NCBI GenBank assembly: GCA_045643285.1
Contig: JAZUKN010000039.1
Span: 13,770 to 77,769, forward strand
Origin: Eubacteriales bacterium
GTDB taxonomy: Bacteria; Bacillota; Clostridia; Oscillospirales; CAG-272
Direction: 5' to 3'
Length of the DNA: 64,000 nt
Shown: positions 9,216-18,275 of the stretch, piece by piece
Numbering within the stretch: position 1 is the stretch's first letter
Layout of the letters: the number at the start of each line of letters is the position of its first letter
Notes under the pieces: generated by a model
The model's database searches: none
What the model was told of the DNA's origin: nothing
The model's input: only the letters and a program-made list of their open reading frames with translations
Program-made: the position numbers and the translations under genes

Positions 9216-10508
9216 TCAGTACTCTATGTCGCCGAGATCCTCAAAGTAGCCGAAATCGCTGTAATCCTTAAAGTCAACGTAGTCTTCGTAATCACCGTAT
9301 TCTTCCTCAAGTCCGTACGAACCGGTGAACATATCGGTGAAATTACTGTACAAATCGTTTGCAGTATAGCCGAGCGAACGGTAGAGAACGGTCACGACGT
9401 CTGCTCTCGGGCAGTTTGCCATGGGATCAAGCTCTTCTGTCGGGAGATCGTCGAGAAGTCCGCTGAATTCAGCCCAGTTGACGGCATCGGTGTACCACTG
9501 TTTTTCTTCTGTTTCAACGAATACGAAAGGTTTGCCGTATGCACGCCAGATGAACGTGAGAATATGTCCGTTCGTGCAGGTGGAATCCGGCGAGAACGTA
9601 GTATCGCTCGTGCCGGCGGTAATACCGTTTTCGACAGCCCACAGCACAGCTTTGTAATAGTAGTCACTTTCCTTGACGTCAGTGAACGGATTGAACATAA
9701 TGTTCGGTTCCGGTTCGCCGAAAGCACGCCAAAGGAACGTTACGACCTGACCGCGCGTGCAGGTGGAGTCGGGAGAGAATCTTGTTTCACTCGTGCCTGT
9801 GGTGATGCCGTTGTCAAGCGCCCACATAACTGCGTCGTGGTAGTAGTCTTCGTATTCGACGTCCTCGAACGGGTTGACTGACATATACTCAGTGGTCATG
9901 CCGGCTTTTGTGAATTCCTCAAGGGAGTAAATGGCATATAAGTTACCGGAATCCTTAAAGAGATCCCACGTCAGAGCCTTGCCGTCCTCCGAAACAGATG
10001 ATGCATTGGTTTCAAGCGGAGCGAACGGGAACTCAATCGTGATCATATCATATCCGCCTACGGATTCGAACATTTCACGGCCTGCTTCCATTTCTTCCTC
10101 AGATCTTTCCGGAGCAGGGAGATGCATAATGACTTTGTCTTTTTCAACATAGAATATGGGAGTTTCAGCGATAGACGCCAACGCATCAGCGCCCGACAAA
10201 CCTTCCACTTTTTCGTCGATGTCCTCTGTCAGGTGAAGAATGTAGCCTTCAAACCCGTCTTCGCTGTATTCTTCAAAGGTGAAGCCGAGCTCTTCGTATG
10301 CTTTTATGCTTTCTTCATCGAAAAGGGTGTATGTCTCGCCCGTCGTGGGATCGGTAGCCGATTCCTTGTGCATGGCGAGGAGCAGTGTTGAGTCAAGAGT
10401 TCCGTCTGCGTTGAATTTCATCGTGCCGTGGTATCTGGCACAGCCGGAAAGCAGGAACATCATTGCGATCATAACGACCGCGAGAACAAGGGACAGTGCT
10501 TTTTTCAT
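9216..10508 (-). CDS. SLH-domain lipoprotein
   Basis: 430 aa with lipobox LLSGC. It has three SLH-like repeats (F.DV...DYY..AV.WA..NGIT.GTS...FSPDSTCTRGQ..TFLWRA) and an acidic Tyr-rich tail. Confidence 0.7.
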   Translation of the reverse strand: MKKALSLVLAVVMIAMMFLLSGCARYHGTMKFNADGTLDSTLLLAMHKESATDPTTGETYTLFDEESIKAYEELGFTFEEYSEDGFEGYILHLTEDIDEKVEGLSGADALASIAETPIFYVEKDKVIMHLPAPERSEEEMEAGREMFESVGGYDMITIEFPFAPLETNASSVSEDGKALTWDLFKDSGNLYAIYSLEEFTKAGMTTEYMSVNPFEDVEYEDYYHDAVMWALDNGITTGTSETRFSPDSTCTRGQVVTFLWRAFGEPEPNIMFNPFTDVKESDYYYKAVLWAVENGITAGTSDTTFSPDSTCTNGHILTFIWRAYGKPFVFVETEEKQWYTDAVNWAEFSGLLDDLPTEELDPMANCPRADVVTVLYRSLGYTANDLYSNFTDMFTGSYGLEEEYGDYEDYVDFKDYSDFGYFEDLGDIEY

Positions 10509-10811
10509 GGTTTTTCCTCCTGAAAAAAAGAATTATAGATAATCCGCCGGCAGAAGCGGACGCATAAAAGCGTGAACTCCGACCGTCGACAAACAAACCT
10601 TGCATAACAGGTGTATAAATACACATTTTGCCTGATCAAGACTCAAGAACAATATCCAGGCAATATTGTGTATGACAATACCGTTAAGAGGCGAGTTGAC
10701 ACCTGTCATAAACATTATTCAGTTTGTTTTGTATATTTAGTTTACAACAGTTTGCCAAAAATTGCAATAGGTTTTATGAAAAAAGTGAAAAAATTTTTGG
10801 GTGGCAGAAAA

Positions 10812-10960
10812 GAATGAAGTTGTGCCTAAAGGCACAGTGAAGTTTCGGCTTCGCCGAAATGGTGTGATGTGTTCCGCACACGCCCGCAGGCTCTTAACTC
10901 GCTAAAGACGAACTTCACACACGAAGTGCGCTTCACGTTTCACGAAGTGGAACACATCAC
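10812..10960. repeat. hairpin micro-repeat block related to the tail (zone 4) of the hairpin-array elements
   Basis: Units are aatgaagt+tgtgcctaaaggcaca and gtgaagt+ttcggcttcgccgaa. A 12-bp long-range stem pairs gtgatgtgttcc (10864-10875) with ggaacacatcac (10949-10960). Confidence 0.6.
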
Positions 10961-10996
10961 AAAAAAAGAACCGTAACAGAGTTACAGTTCTTTTTT
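10960..10996 (-). terminator. terminator of the tRNA operon
   Basis: The hairpin agaaccgtaac-aga-gttacagttct is flanked by A/T runs, immediately 3' of tRNA-Glu on the minus strand. Confidence 0.7.
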
Positions 10997-11001
10997 GCTT
11001 C

Positions 11002-11073
11002 TGACCCGAGGGAGAATCGAACTCCCGTTACTGCCGTGAAAGGGCGGTGTCTTAGCCTCTTGACCATCGGGCC
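11002..11073 (-). tRNA. tRNA-Glu (anticodon UUC)
   Basis: The reverse complement ggcccgatggtcaagaggctaagacaccgccCTTTCACggcagtaacgggagttcgattctccctcgggtca folds as a cloverleaf. No CCA is encoded. Confidence 0.9.
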
Positions 11074-11100
11074 GAAAATGACCTGTCCGTTCGGGTAAAG

Positions 11101-11172
11101 TGACCCGAGGGGGAATCGAACCCCCGTTACTGCCGTGAAAGGGCGGTGTCTTAACCGCTTGACCATCGGGCC
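11101..11172 (-). tRNA. tRNA-Glu (anticodon UUC), second copy
   Basis: Same cloverleaf and anticodon loop as the first copy. The T-stem reads ggggg/ccccc instead of gggag/ctccc, and the D-loop differs. Confidence 0.9.
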
Positions 11173-11196
11173 GAACACTCACGGACAAGTCATTTA

Positions 11197-11273
11197 TGGT
11201 AGCGGAAGTTGGACTTGAACCCACGACCTACCGGGTATGAACCGGTTGCTCTAGCCAACTGAGCTATTCCGCC
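11197..11273 (-). tRNA. tRNA-Met, elongator type (anticodon CAU)
   Basis: The reverse complement ggcggaatagctcagttggctagagcaaccggTTCATACccggtaggtcgtgggttcaagtccaacttccgctacca has an elongator-Met-like anticodon arm. CCA is encoded. Confidence 0.85.
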
Positions 11274-11320
11274 ATTTGTTCCAGTTGCGAAAGGAGCATC
11301 TCCACTTCTGCAACAGCGAT

Positions 11321-11350
11321 ATTATATCATATGCCACGCACCTTTGTCAA
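11321..11350 (-). promoter_or_regulatory. sigma-70-type promoter of the tRNA-Met/Glu/Glu operon
   Basis: On the minus strand, TTGACA, an 18-nt spacer and TGaTATAAT sit about 45 nt upstream of tRNA-Met. Confidence 0.6.
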
Positions 11351-11493
11351 CACCTTTTTCATATTTTTTCCGAAATATCGGAGAATTATTTCGCTGCGGT
11401 CATGTTTTATTCTATTGACAAAACCACCTCGATTCGGTATAATTGGATTATACGGTAAAAACAAAAACAAATTACATAAACCGGAGGTTTATT

Positions 11494-12555
11494 ATGGCAC
11501 TCAGAGTTGGTATTATCGGTAACGGCGGTATCGCAAACTGCCACATCCACGGCTACAAGGAACTCGGCGACAGAGTAAATGTGGTTGCCTGCTGTGATAT
11601 AGTCGAAGAAAAGGCGGCGGATTTTGCAAAGAGATACGACATCCCCCACTACTACACAAGCGCAGAAGAAATGTGCAAAAAGGAAAACCTTGACCTCGTT
11701 TCCGTATGCGTATGGAACAGCGCACACAAGGAATGCACGATCACCGCGCTCAACGCCGGTTGCAACGTCCTCTGCGAAAAGCCGATGGCTCTTAACGCAA
11801 AGGAAGCCGAAGAAATGAAGGCAGCAGCAGTCAAGAACGGCAAGCTCCTTATGGTAGGTTTCGTTCGCCGTTACGGTTCCGACGCCGAAAAGGCACTTCA
11901 GCTCATCAATCAGGGTTACCTCGGTGAAACATACTTCGCAAAGGCATCCTATCTCCGTCGCTGCGGATTCCCGGGCGGCTGGTTCGGTGACAAGTCCCGT
12001 TCCGGCGGCGGCCCGCTGATCGACCTCGGTGTACACGTGATAGACCTCACGAGATACCTCATGGGATGCCCGAAGCCCGTTACGGTATTCGGCGCAACAT
12101 TCGACAAGATCGGTGCGAGAAGCAACGTCAAATCTGACTGCTACCAGTCCGAGACACAGGTCGAAGAACCTATCTTCACTGTTGAAGACCTTGCAACGGC
12201 TATGATCCGCTTCGACAACGGCGCAGTTCTCTATGTGGAAGCAAGCTTCAACCTCAACTGCGGCAAGGGCTCGGGTGACATCGAGCTGTTCGGCGACAAG
12301 GCAGGACTTACGCTCACACCGTTCGAGCTTCACACCGAATGTGACAACTCCATCGCAGACATCACGTTCGCGGATGCTCCGTACTTTGATTTCCAGAGAG
12401 ACTTCGACCGCGAGATCAAGCATTTCTGCGACTGCGCTGAGGGCAAGGCAGAAAAGTGCAAGGCAACGGCTGACGACGGCGTCGTTCTCATGAAGATACT
12501 CGACGCAGTTTACGAATCCGCAAAGACCGGCAAGTCCGTTGACATTCAGTGGTAA
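11494..12555 (+). CDS. Gfo/Idh/MocA family oxidoreductase
   Basis: 353 aa from ATG 11494, with GGAGG 7 nt upstream. It has an N-terminal Rossmann motif (LRVGIIGNGGIANCH) and EKP (CEKPMA). Confidence 0.8.
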   Translation: MALRVGIIGNGGIANCHIHGYKELGDRVNVVACCDIVEEKAADFAKRYDIPHYYTSAEEMCKKENLDLVSVCVWNSAHKECTITALNAGCNVLCEKPMALNAKEAEEMKAAAVKNGKLLMVGFVRRYGSDAEKALQLINQGYLGETYFAKASYLRRCGFPGGWFGDKSRSGGGPLIDLGVHVIDLTRYLMGCPKPVTVFGATFDKIGARSNVKSDCYQSETQVEEPIFTVEDLATAMIRFDNGAVLYVEASFNLNCGKGSGDIELFGDKAGLTLTPFELHTECDNSIADITFADAPYFDFQRDFDREIKHFCDCAEGKAEKCKATADDGVVLMKILDAVYESAKTGKSVDIQW

Positions 12556-12565
12556 AAAACAGAAA

Positions 12566-12606
12566 AATCAGTCCGTGTGGGTGACCATGCGGACTGATTT
12601 TTTCTT
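12566..12606 (+). terminator. rho-independent terminator
   Basis: The stem aaatcagtccg/cggactgattt is followed by a T-run. Confidence 0.75.
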
Positions 12607-13020
12607 TTGGAAAAGAAAAGGGAAACACGAAGTGGTTTCATATTCTTCTTTTGTCATGTTCGCTTGTACGATTATTCGCTTACAAACGGGAATTTATTCC
12701 AAACCGTACGTTGGGCGGTGTTTTTGTCCTGCTTGTTTACAAGCGGTTCGTTTACGAACGGGCGGACAGGCGGACATTTGTCCAAACCTAACGTTTGGCA
12801 TCGGATTTGTCCTGCTTGTTTACAAGCGGGCGGACGGCTGCACTACCGATTTCACTCCGTGAACTCGGTTTGTGCGCCCCACGCGCAGTGGCAATATAAC
12901 AAATTGAAAACACGAAGTGTTTTCTTCCTTTTGCCGATGTTAGGTTAGTACAAATTCGGCGGCGGGAGTAACCCCCCCGCCCTACGCTATAAAGAGGTGT
13001 GGTGCCATGCAAAGATGAGT
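12606..13020 (+). repeat. modular hairpin-array element, unit R3 (direct)
   Basis: Contains gcttgtttacaagc twice, ggttcgtttacgaacg, I 12782-12798, a C-like module at about 12851-12868, B 12877-12891, A 12906-12924 and a J unit at about 12955-13020. Confidence 0.85.
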
Positions 13021-13025
13021 AGTGC

Positions 13026-13517
13026 TCACGCCTTTTTCCCCTCAAACCCTGATATGAACCCCGTCACGTCCGACGAGCAGAGATCTCCTCCGATCACTTT
13101 TCCCTTATACGTTATCACGTTCGCCATGACCGTGCCTTTATACCCGTCGTAATTCGTCACTCGGAACGTGTAGCGAGTCACGTCGCGTCCTCTGTATTTC
13201 GTGAGATCAAGCCCCTGACTCCGCTGTAACTCGTTGTAAGCGTTCATCACCTTGTCAAACTCGGCAGGTATGTTTATCGTCACTTCCTCAAGCGGATTCT
13301 CTTCGACCTCCCAGCCGAACTGCGCGAGAAAATCCACCGCGTCAGCCGCAGTCTTCACCTTGTCGTAGGTGTATTTCTCCGCCTGCGCCGCCACAGCTTT
13401 TGTCGAAACCGGACGGTACTCCGGCACCGCAAGCACGATCGCGCAAAGTATCGCCACCGACACCGCGATCACCCCGAAAAACTTTAGCGTATTCGCCCGT
13501 ACTGTACAAACAAACAT
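13026..13517 (-). CDS. DUF4830-like membrane-anchored protein
   Basis: 163 aa with an N-terminal TM anchor. The AVDFLAQFGWEV...NAYNELQ...GLDL..YRG..V..YT stretch recalls DUF4830 proteins of Clostridia. Confidence 0.55.
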   Translation of the reverse strand: MFVCTVRANTLKFFGVIAVSVAILCAIVLAVPEYRPVSTKAVAAQAEKYTYDKVKTAADAVDFLAQFGWEVEENPLEEVTINIPAEFDKVMNAYNELQRSQGLDLTKYRGRDVTRYTFRVTNYDGYKGTVMANVITYKGKVIGGDLCSSDVTGFISGFEGKKA

Positions 13518-13619
13518 ATTATACTCTCCCCGAAAGATAGATTACAGAACAGATATATGCGTCTCCGCCTCCGCTTATTCGCCGCTTTCGTTTTCCGCTC
13601 ACTTTTTTCCGTTTTTCCC

Positions 13620-13648
13620 TTTACAAATCATATAAAATATAGTAGAAT
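13620..13648 (+). promoter_or_regulatory. candidate sigma-70 promoter upstream of pyrH
   Basis: TTTACA, a 17-nt spacer and TAGAAT. Confidence 0.5.
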
Positions 13649-13683
13649 ATATTGAATTAACAAATAACGGGGGCGATAATGCC

Positions 13684-14427
13684 ATGAACAGTAAAGCAAG
13701 ATTCAAAAGAGTGCTCCTCAAGCTCTCCGGAGAAGCTATTTCAAACAAAGAAACAGGTGAAATATTTGACGCCGGTATGATAGCCGAGATCGCGTCTATC
13801 GTAAAGCGTCTGACCGACGACGGAGTAGAAGTCGCTATAGTAATAGGAGCCGGCAACATCTGGCGCGGTGCTTACGGAAAAGGACTGAACCGCGCAAGAG
13901 CCGATCAAATGGGTATGCTCGGTACGATGATAAACTCGATGAGACTTGAAGACGCGCTTGAATCGGCAGGCTGCACGGTGTCTCTCATGTCGTCGATCCC
14001 GATGCAGGGATTTGCAGAACCGTACGACTTCCGCAAGGCGCGCCGCTATCTCTCGAAAGGCAAGGTCGTCATCCTCGGCGGCGGACTCGGCACACCGTTC
14101 ATCACAACAGATACGGCGGCAGTTGTCCGCGGCGGTGAGATCGGTGCAGACGTAATTCTTATGGCGAAGAACATCGACGGAATATACACCGCCGATCCGA
14201 GAAAATGCTCTGACTCAAAGAGATACAAAGTCGTATCCTACGACGAGTGCCTCGCAAAAAATCTCCGCGCGACCGACGCATCCGCTTCCGCTATTGCAAA
14301 GGATCAGGGAGTGGATATGTACGTCTTCGCGCTTGAAAATCCCGAAAACATCGTCCGCGCCGTCATGGGAGACGAGATAGGCACGCTCGTCACCTCCGAC
14401 GGAAACGTAAAATCCGAACTTTATTGA
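13684..14427 (+). CDS. pyrH: UMP kinase
   Basis: 247 aa with RVLLKLSGEA and VIGAGNIWRG, in the conserved position upstream of frr. Confidence 0.95.
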   Translation: MNSKARFKRVLLKLSGEAISNKETGEIFDAGMIAEIASIVKRLTDDGVEVAIVIGAGNIWRGAYGKGLNRARADQMGMLGTMINSMRLEDALESAGCTVSLMSSIPMQGFAEPYDFRKARRYLSKGKVVILGGGLGTPFITTDTAAVVRGGEIGADVILMAKNIDGIYTADPRKCSDSKRYKVVSYDECLAKNLRATDASASAIAKDQGVDMYVFALENPENIVRAVMGDEIGTLVTSDGNVKSELY

Positions 14428-14456
14428 TTTTGAATAAATAAAAAGGAGAAGCGAAA

Positions 14457-15011
14457 ATGAAACTCGACACCAAAGAATTTGAAGCAAAAATGCAGAAGAC
14501 CATCGAAGTCTACAAGGACAATCTTTCCGTCATCCGCGCTGGAAGAGCAAGCACTGCAGTGTTCTCAAAAGTCACAGTCGACTACTACGGAGTACCGACA
14601 TCCATTATGCAGATGGCTGAAGTAAAGGTCGCCGACCCGAAGACAGTCGTTATCATGCCATGGGACGCTTCCACACTGAAGCAAATCGAAAAAGCTATCC
14701 TCGCATCCGATGTCGGCATAACACCGATGAACGACGGCAAGCTCCTCCGTCTCGCATTCCCTCAGCTCACAGAGGAAAGACGTAAAGAGATCACGAAAAA
14801 CATCGCAAAGATGAGTGAAGAGACAAAAGTCGCTATCCGCAACATCCGCCGCGACGCAAATGACAAGTCCAAAGCCATGAAGAAGAACAGCGAAATGACC
14901 GAGGACGAACAGAAAGCGTCCGACAAGGCTATGCAGGATCTCACCGACAAGTTCATCAAGGAAGTCGACACGATCACTGAAGCAAAGAACAAGGAAATCA
15001 TGGCAATATAA
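14457..15011 (+). CDS. frr: ribosome recycling factor
   Basis: 184 aa with LSVIRAGRAS, TPMNDG and LTEERRKE, and a strong RBS AAGGAG. Confidence 0.95.
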   Translation: MKLDTKEFEAKMQKTIEVYKDNLSVIRAGRASTAVFSKVTVDYYGVPTSIMQMAEVKVADPKTVVIMPWDASTLKQIEKAILASDVGITPMNDGKLLRLAFPQLTEERRKEITKNIAKMSEETKVAIRNIRRDANDKSKAMKKNSEMTEDEQKASDKAMQDLTDKFIKEVDTITEAKNKEIMAI

Positions 15012-15121
15012 GTATCAAACAACTTAATGTTGTTTGAAGTTAAGTGTTCCGCTGCGCTCGGTTTTTCAGCCGGGCGCATATTTGCATATTATCATTAAAG
15101 ATATTCACGCGAGGTACTTAT

Positions 15122-15835
15122 ATGGATTTAATCGACACTCTTCCCATTCCGACTCTCGTTGAAAAAAGCGGACTCAGGCACATCGCGTTCATCATGGACG
15201 GAAACGGACGCTGGGCAAAAGCAAAAGGTCAGCCGAGAGAATTCGGTCATAAAGTCGGAGCGGAATCGTTCCGCACTGTAGTGAAATACTGCCGAAAGAT
15301 CGGCATACAGTGCGGAACGGTCTACGCGTTCTCGACCGAGAACATCAAACGCCCCGCGCGCGAGGTCGAGGCAATTTTTAATCTGCTTTTCAAATACATA
15401 GAAGAAGCCGACGAAGAAAAGGACATCGAATTCCGCTTCATCGGCGACCCTGCCGCCCTCGGCAAAAAGATAGGCGAGCGCACAAAATGGCTCGAAGACC
15501 GCACTCGCGGCAGAAAAATAAGGCTCAATATCGCGTTCAACTACGGCGGACGGGCGGAGATCGTCCACGCGGTACAAGAGCTGATCAAAGACGGCAAGAC
15601 AGACGTGACCGAAGACGATATTTCGGCTCGCCTCTACACCGCAGGATGCCCCGATCCCGATCTGATCGTCCGTACCGGTAACGAACAGCGGATCTCGAAC
15701 TTTCTCCTGTGGCAGTGCGCGTACGCCGAGTTTTACTATTCCCCGAAGATGTGGCCCGATTTCACCCCCGAAGACGTCGACGACGCGGTAAGAGACTTCG
15801 CACGCCGGACAAGAAGATTCGGAAGCGCAGAGTAA
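15122..15835 (+). CDS. uppS: isoprenyl transferase (undecaprenyl-diphosphate synthase)
   Basis: 237 aa from ATG 15122 with HIAFIMDGNGRWA, YAFSTEN and RTGNEQRISNFLLWQ. Confidence 0.95.
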   Translation: MDLIDTLPIPTLVEKSGLRHIAFIMDGNGRWAKAKGQPREFGHKVGAESFRTVVKYCRKIGIQCGTVYAFSTENIKRPAREVEAIFNLLFKYIEEADEEKDIEFRFIGDPAALGKKIGERTKWLEDRTRGRKIRLNIAFNYGGRAEIVHAVQELIKDGKTDVTEDDISARLYTAGCPDPDLIVRTGNEQRISNFLLWQCAYAEFYYSPKMWPDFTPEDVDDAVRDFARRTRRFGSAE

Positions 15836-15840
15836 GAAGT

Positions 15841-16200
15841 AGACAAAGTGAACGAAAGTCTTGCAGTTGTTTTGTAACAAAGGGGTCCTTAGGGGGAATT
15901 GACGAAGTCCTTCCCCCTAAGCGCGGTGATTGACAAGAGCGTCGCGGTACGCTCTTGTCCGCCCCACGCGCAGTGGAAAAGAATAAATTGAAAACGTCCC
16001 CGACGTTTTCTTCCTTACAACAATCCTTCCGTCACGGCAAGCCGTGCCACCTCCCTTTACACAAGGGAGGCAGATTTCAGACCCTCGTTTGGTTTGAAGC
16101 CATGAGGTTTGCGCGGATTCCGCGGGAGGGGGAACCCCCCGCTCTACGGTGGAAAATGACATTTCGTGCGTAGCCGTGAGGTTCGTGCAAAACCGCGGAA
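15841..16200 (+). repeat. modular hairpin-array element, unit R4 (direct)
   Basis: Contains F 15871-15885, H 15888-15921, G 15932-15959, B 15962-15976, A 15990-16010, K 16021-16110 (the inverse homologue of 55165-55265) and a J unit at about 16112-16190. Confidence 0.85.
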
Positions 16201-16245
16201 TAATTGAAAATAAAGTAAATTTTGAAATAATAATCAGAGGTCGTT

Positions 16246-17073
16246 ATGTTAAAAAGAACCATTACAGCCGTCGTTCTTGCGGCTGTCTTCATCCCCGTCG
16301 TGATATTCTCGGGTACTGTCGCTTTCCCTATCGTCATGGCAGTCCTGTCCGTAGTCGCGGCGTATGAAATGCTCGCGTGCGTCGGACTCGGGAAAAACGC
16401 GGCTGTGTCCGTACCGTCGTACATTTTCGCGGCAGCCGCACCGTTTGTACCGTACTTCTGCGGCACAGCGGCGAAAGACATCCTCTTCGCGTCTGCGGTA
16501 GTATTCCTCGTCGTGATCTTTGCCGTGACGGTCTTCTCGCGCGGCAAGCTCGACTACACCCTCTCCGCATCCGCGTTCACGGGAATTTTCTATATCGCTC
16601 TCGCGTTCGCGTCGATTGTTCTTCTAAGAGGCGAAGGACAGTTCCTCTGGCTGCTCGTCTTTATCGGACCGTGGCTCAGCGATATTTTCGCGTACCTCGT
16701 CGGGCGGCTTCTCGGAAAACACAAGCTCATCCCCGAAGTCTCGCCTAAAAAGACAGTCGAAGGCTCAGTCGGCGGAATCGTCTTTGCGTCCGCCGGATTC
16801 GTGCTGTACGCATTCCTCGTGAAAACGTTCTTTGATACCTCGCTCACGCCGAACTATATAGTATTAGCCGTCTCAGGCGCAGTCGTCTCGGTCATTTCTC
16901 AGATCGGCGACCTGTCCGCGTCCGTCATCAAGCGCCGCTTCGGTGTAAAGGACTACGGCTGGCTCTTCCCGGGACACGGCGGAGTAATGGATCGCTTCGA
17001 CAGCGTTCTGCTGACGGCTCCGATAATCTACATCATCTCTCAGATACCGCCGCTCGGCGGACTGCTGATTTAA
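16246..17073 (+). CDS. cdsA: phosphatidate cytidylyltransferase
   Basis: 275 aa and multi-TM, with the C-terminal signature SQIGDLSASVIKRRFGVKDYG...PGHGGVMDRFDS. Confidence 0.93.
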   Translation: MLKRTITAVVLAAVFIPVVIFSGTVAFPIVMAVLSVVAAYEMLACVGLGKNAAVSVPSYIFAAAAPFVPYFCGTAAKDILFASAVVFLVVIFAVTVFSRGKLDYTLSASAFTGIFYIALAFASIVLLRGEGQFLWLLVFIGPWLSDIFAYLVGRLLGKHKLIPEVSPKKTVEGSVGGIVFASAGFVLYAFLVKTFFDTSLTPNYIVLAVSGAVVSVISQIGDLSASVIKRRFGVKDYGWLFPGHGGVMDRFDSVLLTAPIIYIISQIPPLGGLLI

Positions 17074-17082
17074 GGAATCACT

Positions 17083-18258
17083 ATGGTAAACTTACATCCC
17101 GATAAAAACTTCAAAGCGCACTCCTGCATCGTTCTCGGCTCTACAGGCTCCGTCGGCACGCAGACGCTCGACGTCGTCCGCGAAACGGGACTTGACGTGC
17201 GTCTTCTCGCCGGAGGAAACAACGTCACACTGCTCGCGGAGCAGGTACGCGAATTTCACCCGTCCGTCGTCTCCGTCACAGGCGAGGACAGCGCAAAAAA
17301 GCTGAAAGAACTGCTCGGTGCTGACTGTCCCGAAGTCATCTGCCGAACGGACGAGCTTTGCTCCGCCATAGAATCGACAGACGCGGACGTGATCTTCCAT
17401 TCGGTCGGCGGACTTGCCGGAATCCCACACGCACTTGCGGCGGCACGTTCGGGAAAGCGCGTCGGAATGGCGAACAAAGAGGCAATAATCGCGCTAGGCG
17501 ACGTTATTTTCGACGAAATGAAAAAGTCCGGCGGTTCGCTCATCCCCGTCGACAGCGAACACAGCGCGATTTACCGCTGTCTTGAGGGACACTCGCCCGA
17601 AGACGTGAGAAAAATCGTTCTCACAGCGTCAGGCGGTCCGTTCTTTGGCAAAACGGCAGAGGAATTAAAGTCCGTCACACTCGCCGAAACGCTCAACCAC
17701 CCGACGTGGAAAATGGGTAAGAAAATCACGGTCGACTCCGCAACGCTGATGAACAAGGGCTTTGAAATAATCGAAGCCGTGCGTCTTTTCGGCGTGCCGG
17801 AGGACAGAGTCGACGTTGTCGTACACCGGCAGAGTATAATCCATTCGCTTGTGGAATATAATGATAACACTATGCTCGCACAGCTCGGTCGTCCCGATAT
17901 GCGCGACTGCATACGCTACGCCGCCACAGCGCCTCATTCGTACAAAGTGAGCGGCAAAGGGCTGTCGCTTGCCGAAATCGGCTCACTGACATTTGACAAA
18001 CCCGACAATATCGCGTTTCCCCTGCTCGACGCGGCACGTTCTGCGATAAGAACGGGAGGCACGATGCCGTCGTCCCTCATTGCGGCGGACGAAGAGGCGG
18101 TAAGCGCGTTCCTTTCGGGGAAAATACGGTTCTCGGAGATCGCCGATTACGTCATAAAAACCCTCGGGCGCGTGTCGGTGTCCCGTGAAGTCACGGAAAA
18201 ATCCGTCGCCGACGCAGTAGAAGACGCACGGAGAATCGCAAGAGAAATCATCGGCTGA
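17083..18258 (+). CDS. dxr: 1-deoxy-D-xylulose-5-phosphate reductoisomerase
   Basis: 391 aa with LGSTGSVGTQTL, NKEA, PVDSEHSA and NHPTWKMG. Confidence 0.95.
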   Translation: MVNLHPDKNFKAHSCIVLGSTGSVGTQTLDVVRETGLDVRLLAGGNNVTLLAEQVREFHPSVVSVTGEDSAKKLKELLGADCPEVICRTDELCSAIESTDADVIFHSVGGLAGIPHALAAARSGKRVGMANKEAIIALGDVIFDEMKKSGGSLIPVDSEHSAIYRCLEGHSPEDVRKIVLTASGGPFFGKTAEELKSVTLAETLNHPTWKMGKKITVDSATLMNKGFEIIEAVRLFGVPEDRVDVVVHRQSIIHSLVEYNDNTMLAQLGRPDMRDCIRYAATAPHSYKVSGKGLSLAEIGSLTFDKPDNIAFPLLDAARSAIRTGGTMPSSLIAADEEAVSAFLSGKIRFSEIADYVIKTLGRVSVSREVTEKSVADAVEDARRIAREIIG

Positions 18259-18275
18259 AATCATAAGGAGACACA

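Noticed and set aside
10957-11224. Two minus-strand ORFs (73 and 80 aa) with internally repeated peptide sequence.
   Set aside because: They are translations of the two tandem tRNA-Glu genes and their spacer. The peptide repeat only mirrors the tRNA duplication.
11407-12423. A 338-aa minus-strand ORF overlapping the Gfo/Idh/MocA gene. Similar long antisense ORFs lie at 15128-15880, 21483-22463, 35536-36552, 41090-42478, 47388-48281 and 55735-57261.
   Set aside because: Each is antisense to a gene with clear family motifs (uppS, polC, the anti-sigma gene, oppC/D, the lipoprotein gene, uvrB). None has a credible RBS, and their compositions are biased toward Arg, Val and Cys.
16204-16231. A possible promoter (TTGAAA, 16-nt spacer, TGaAATAAT) for cdsA inside the repeat-to-gene junction.
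   Set aside because: The predicted transcription start would fall within or after the cdsA RBS (16235-16240), leaving no room for a functional leader. I did not annotate it.
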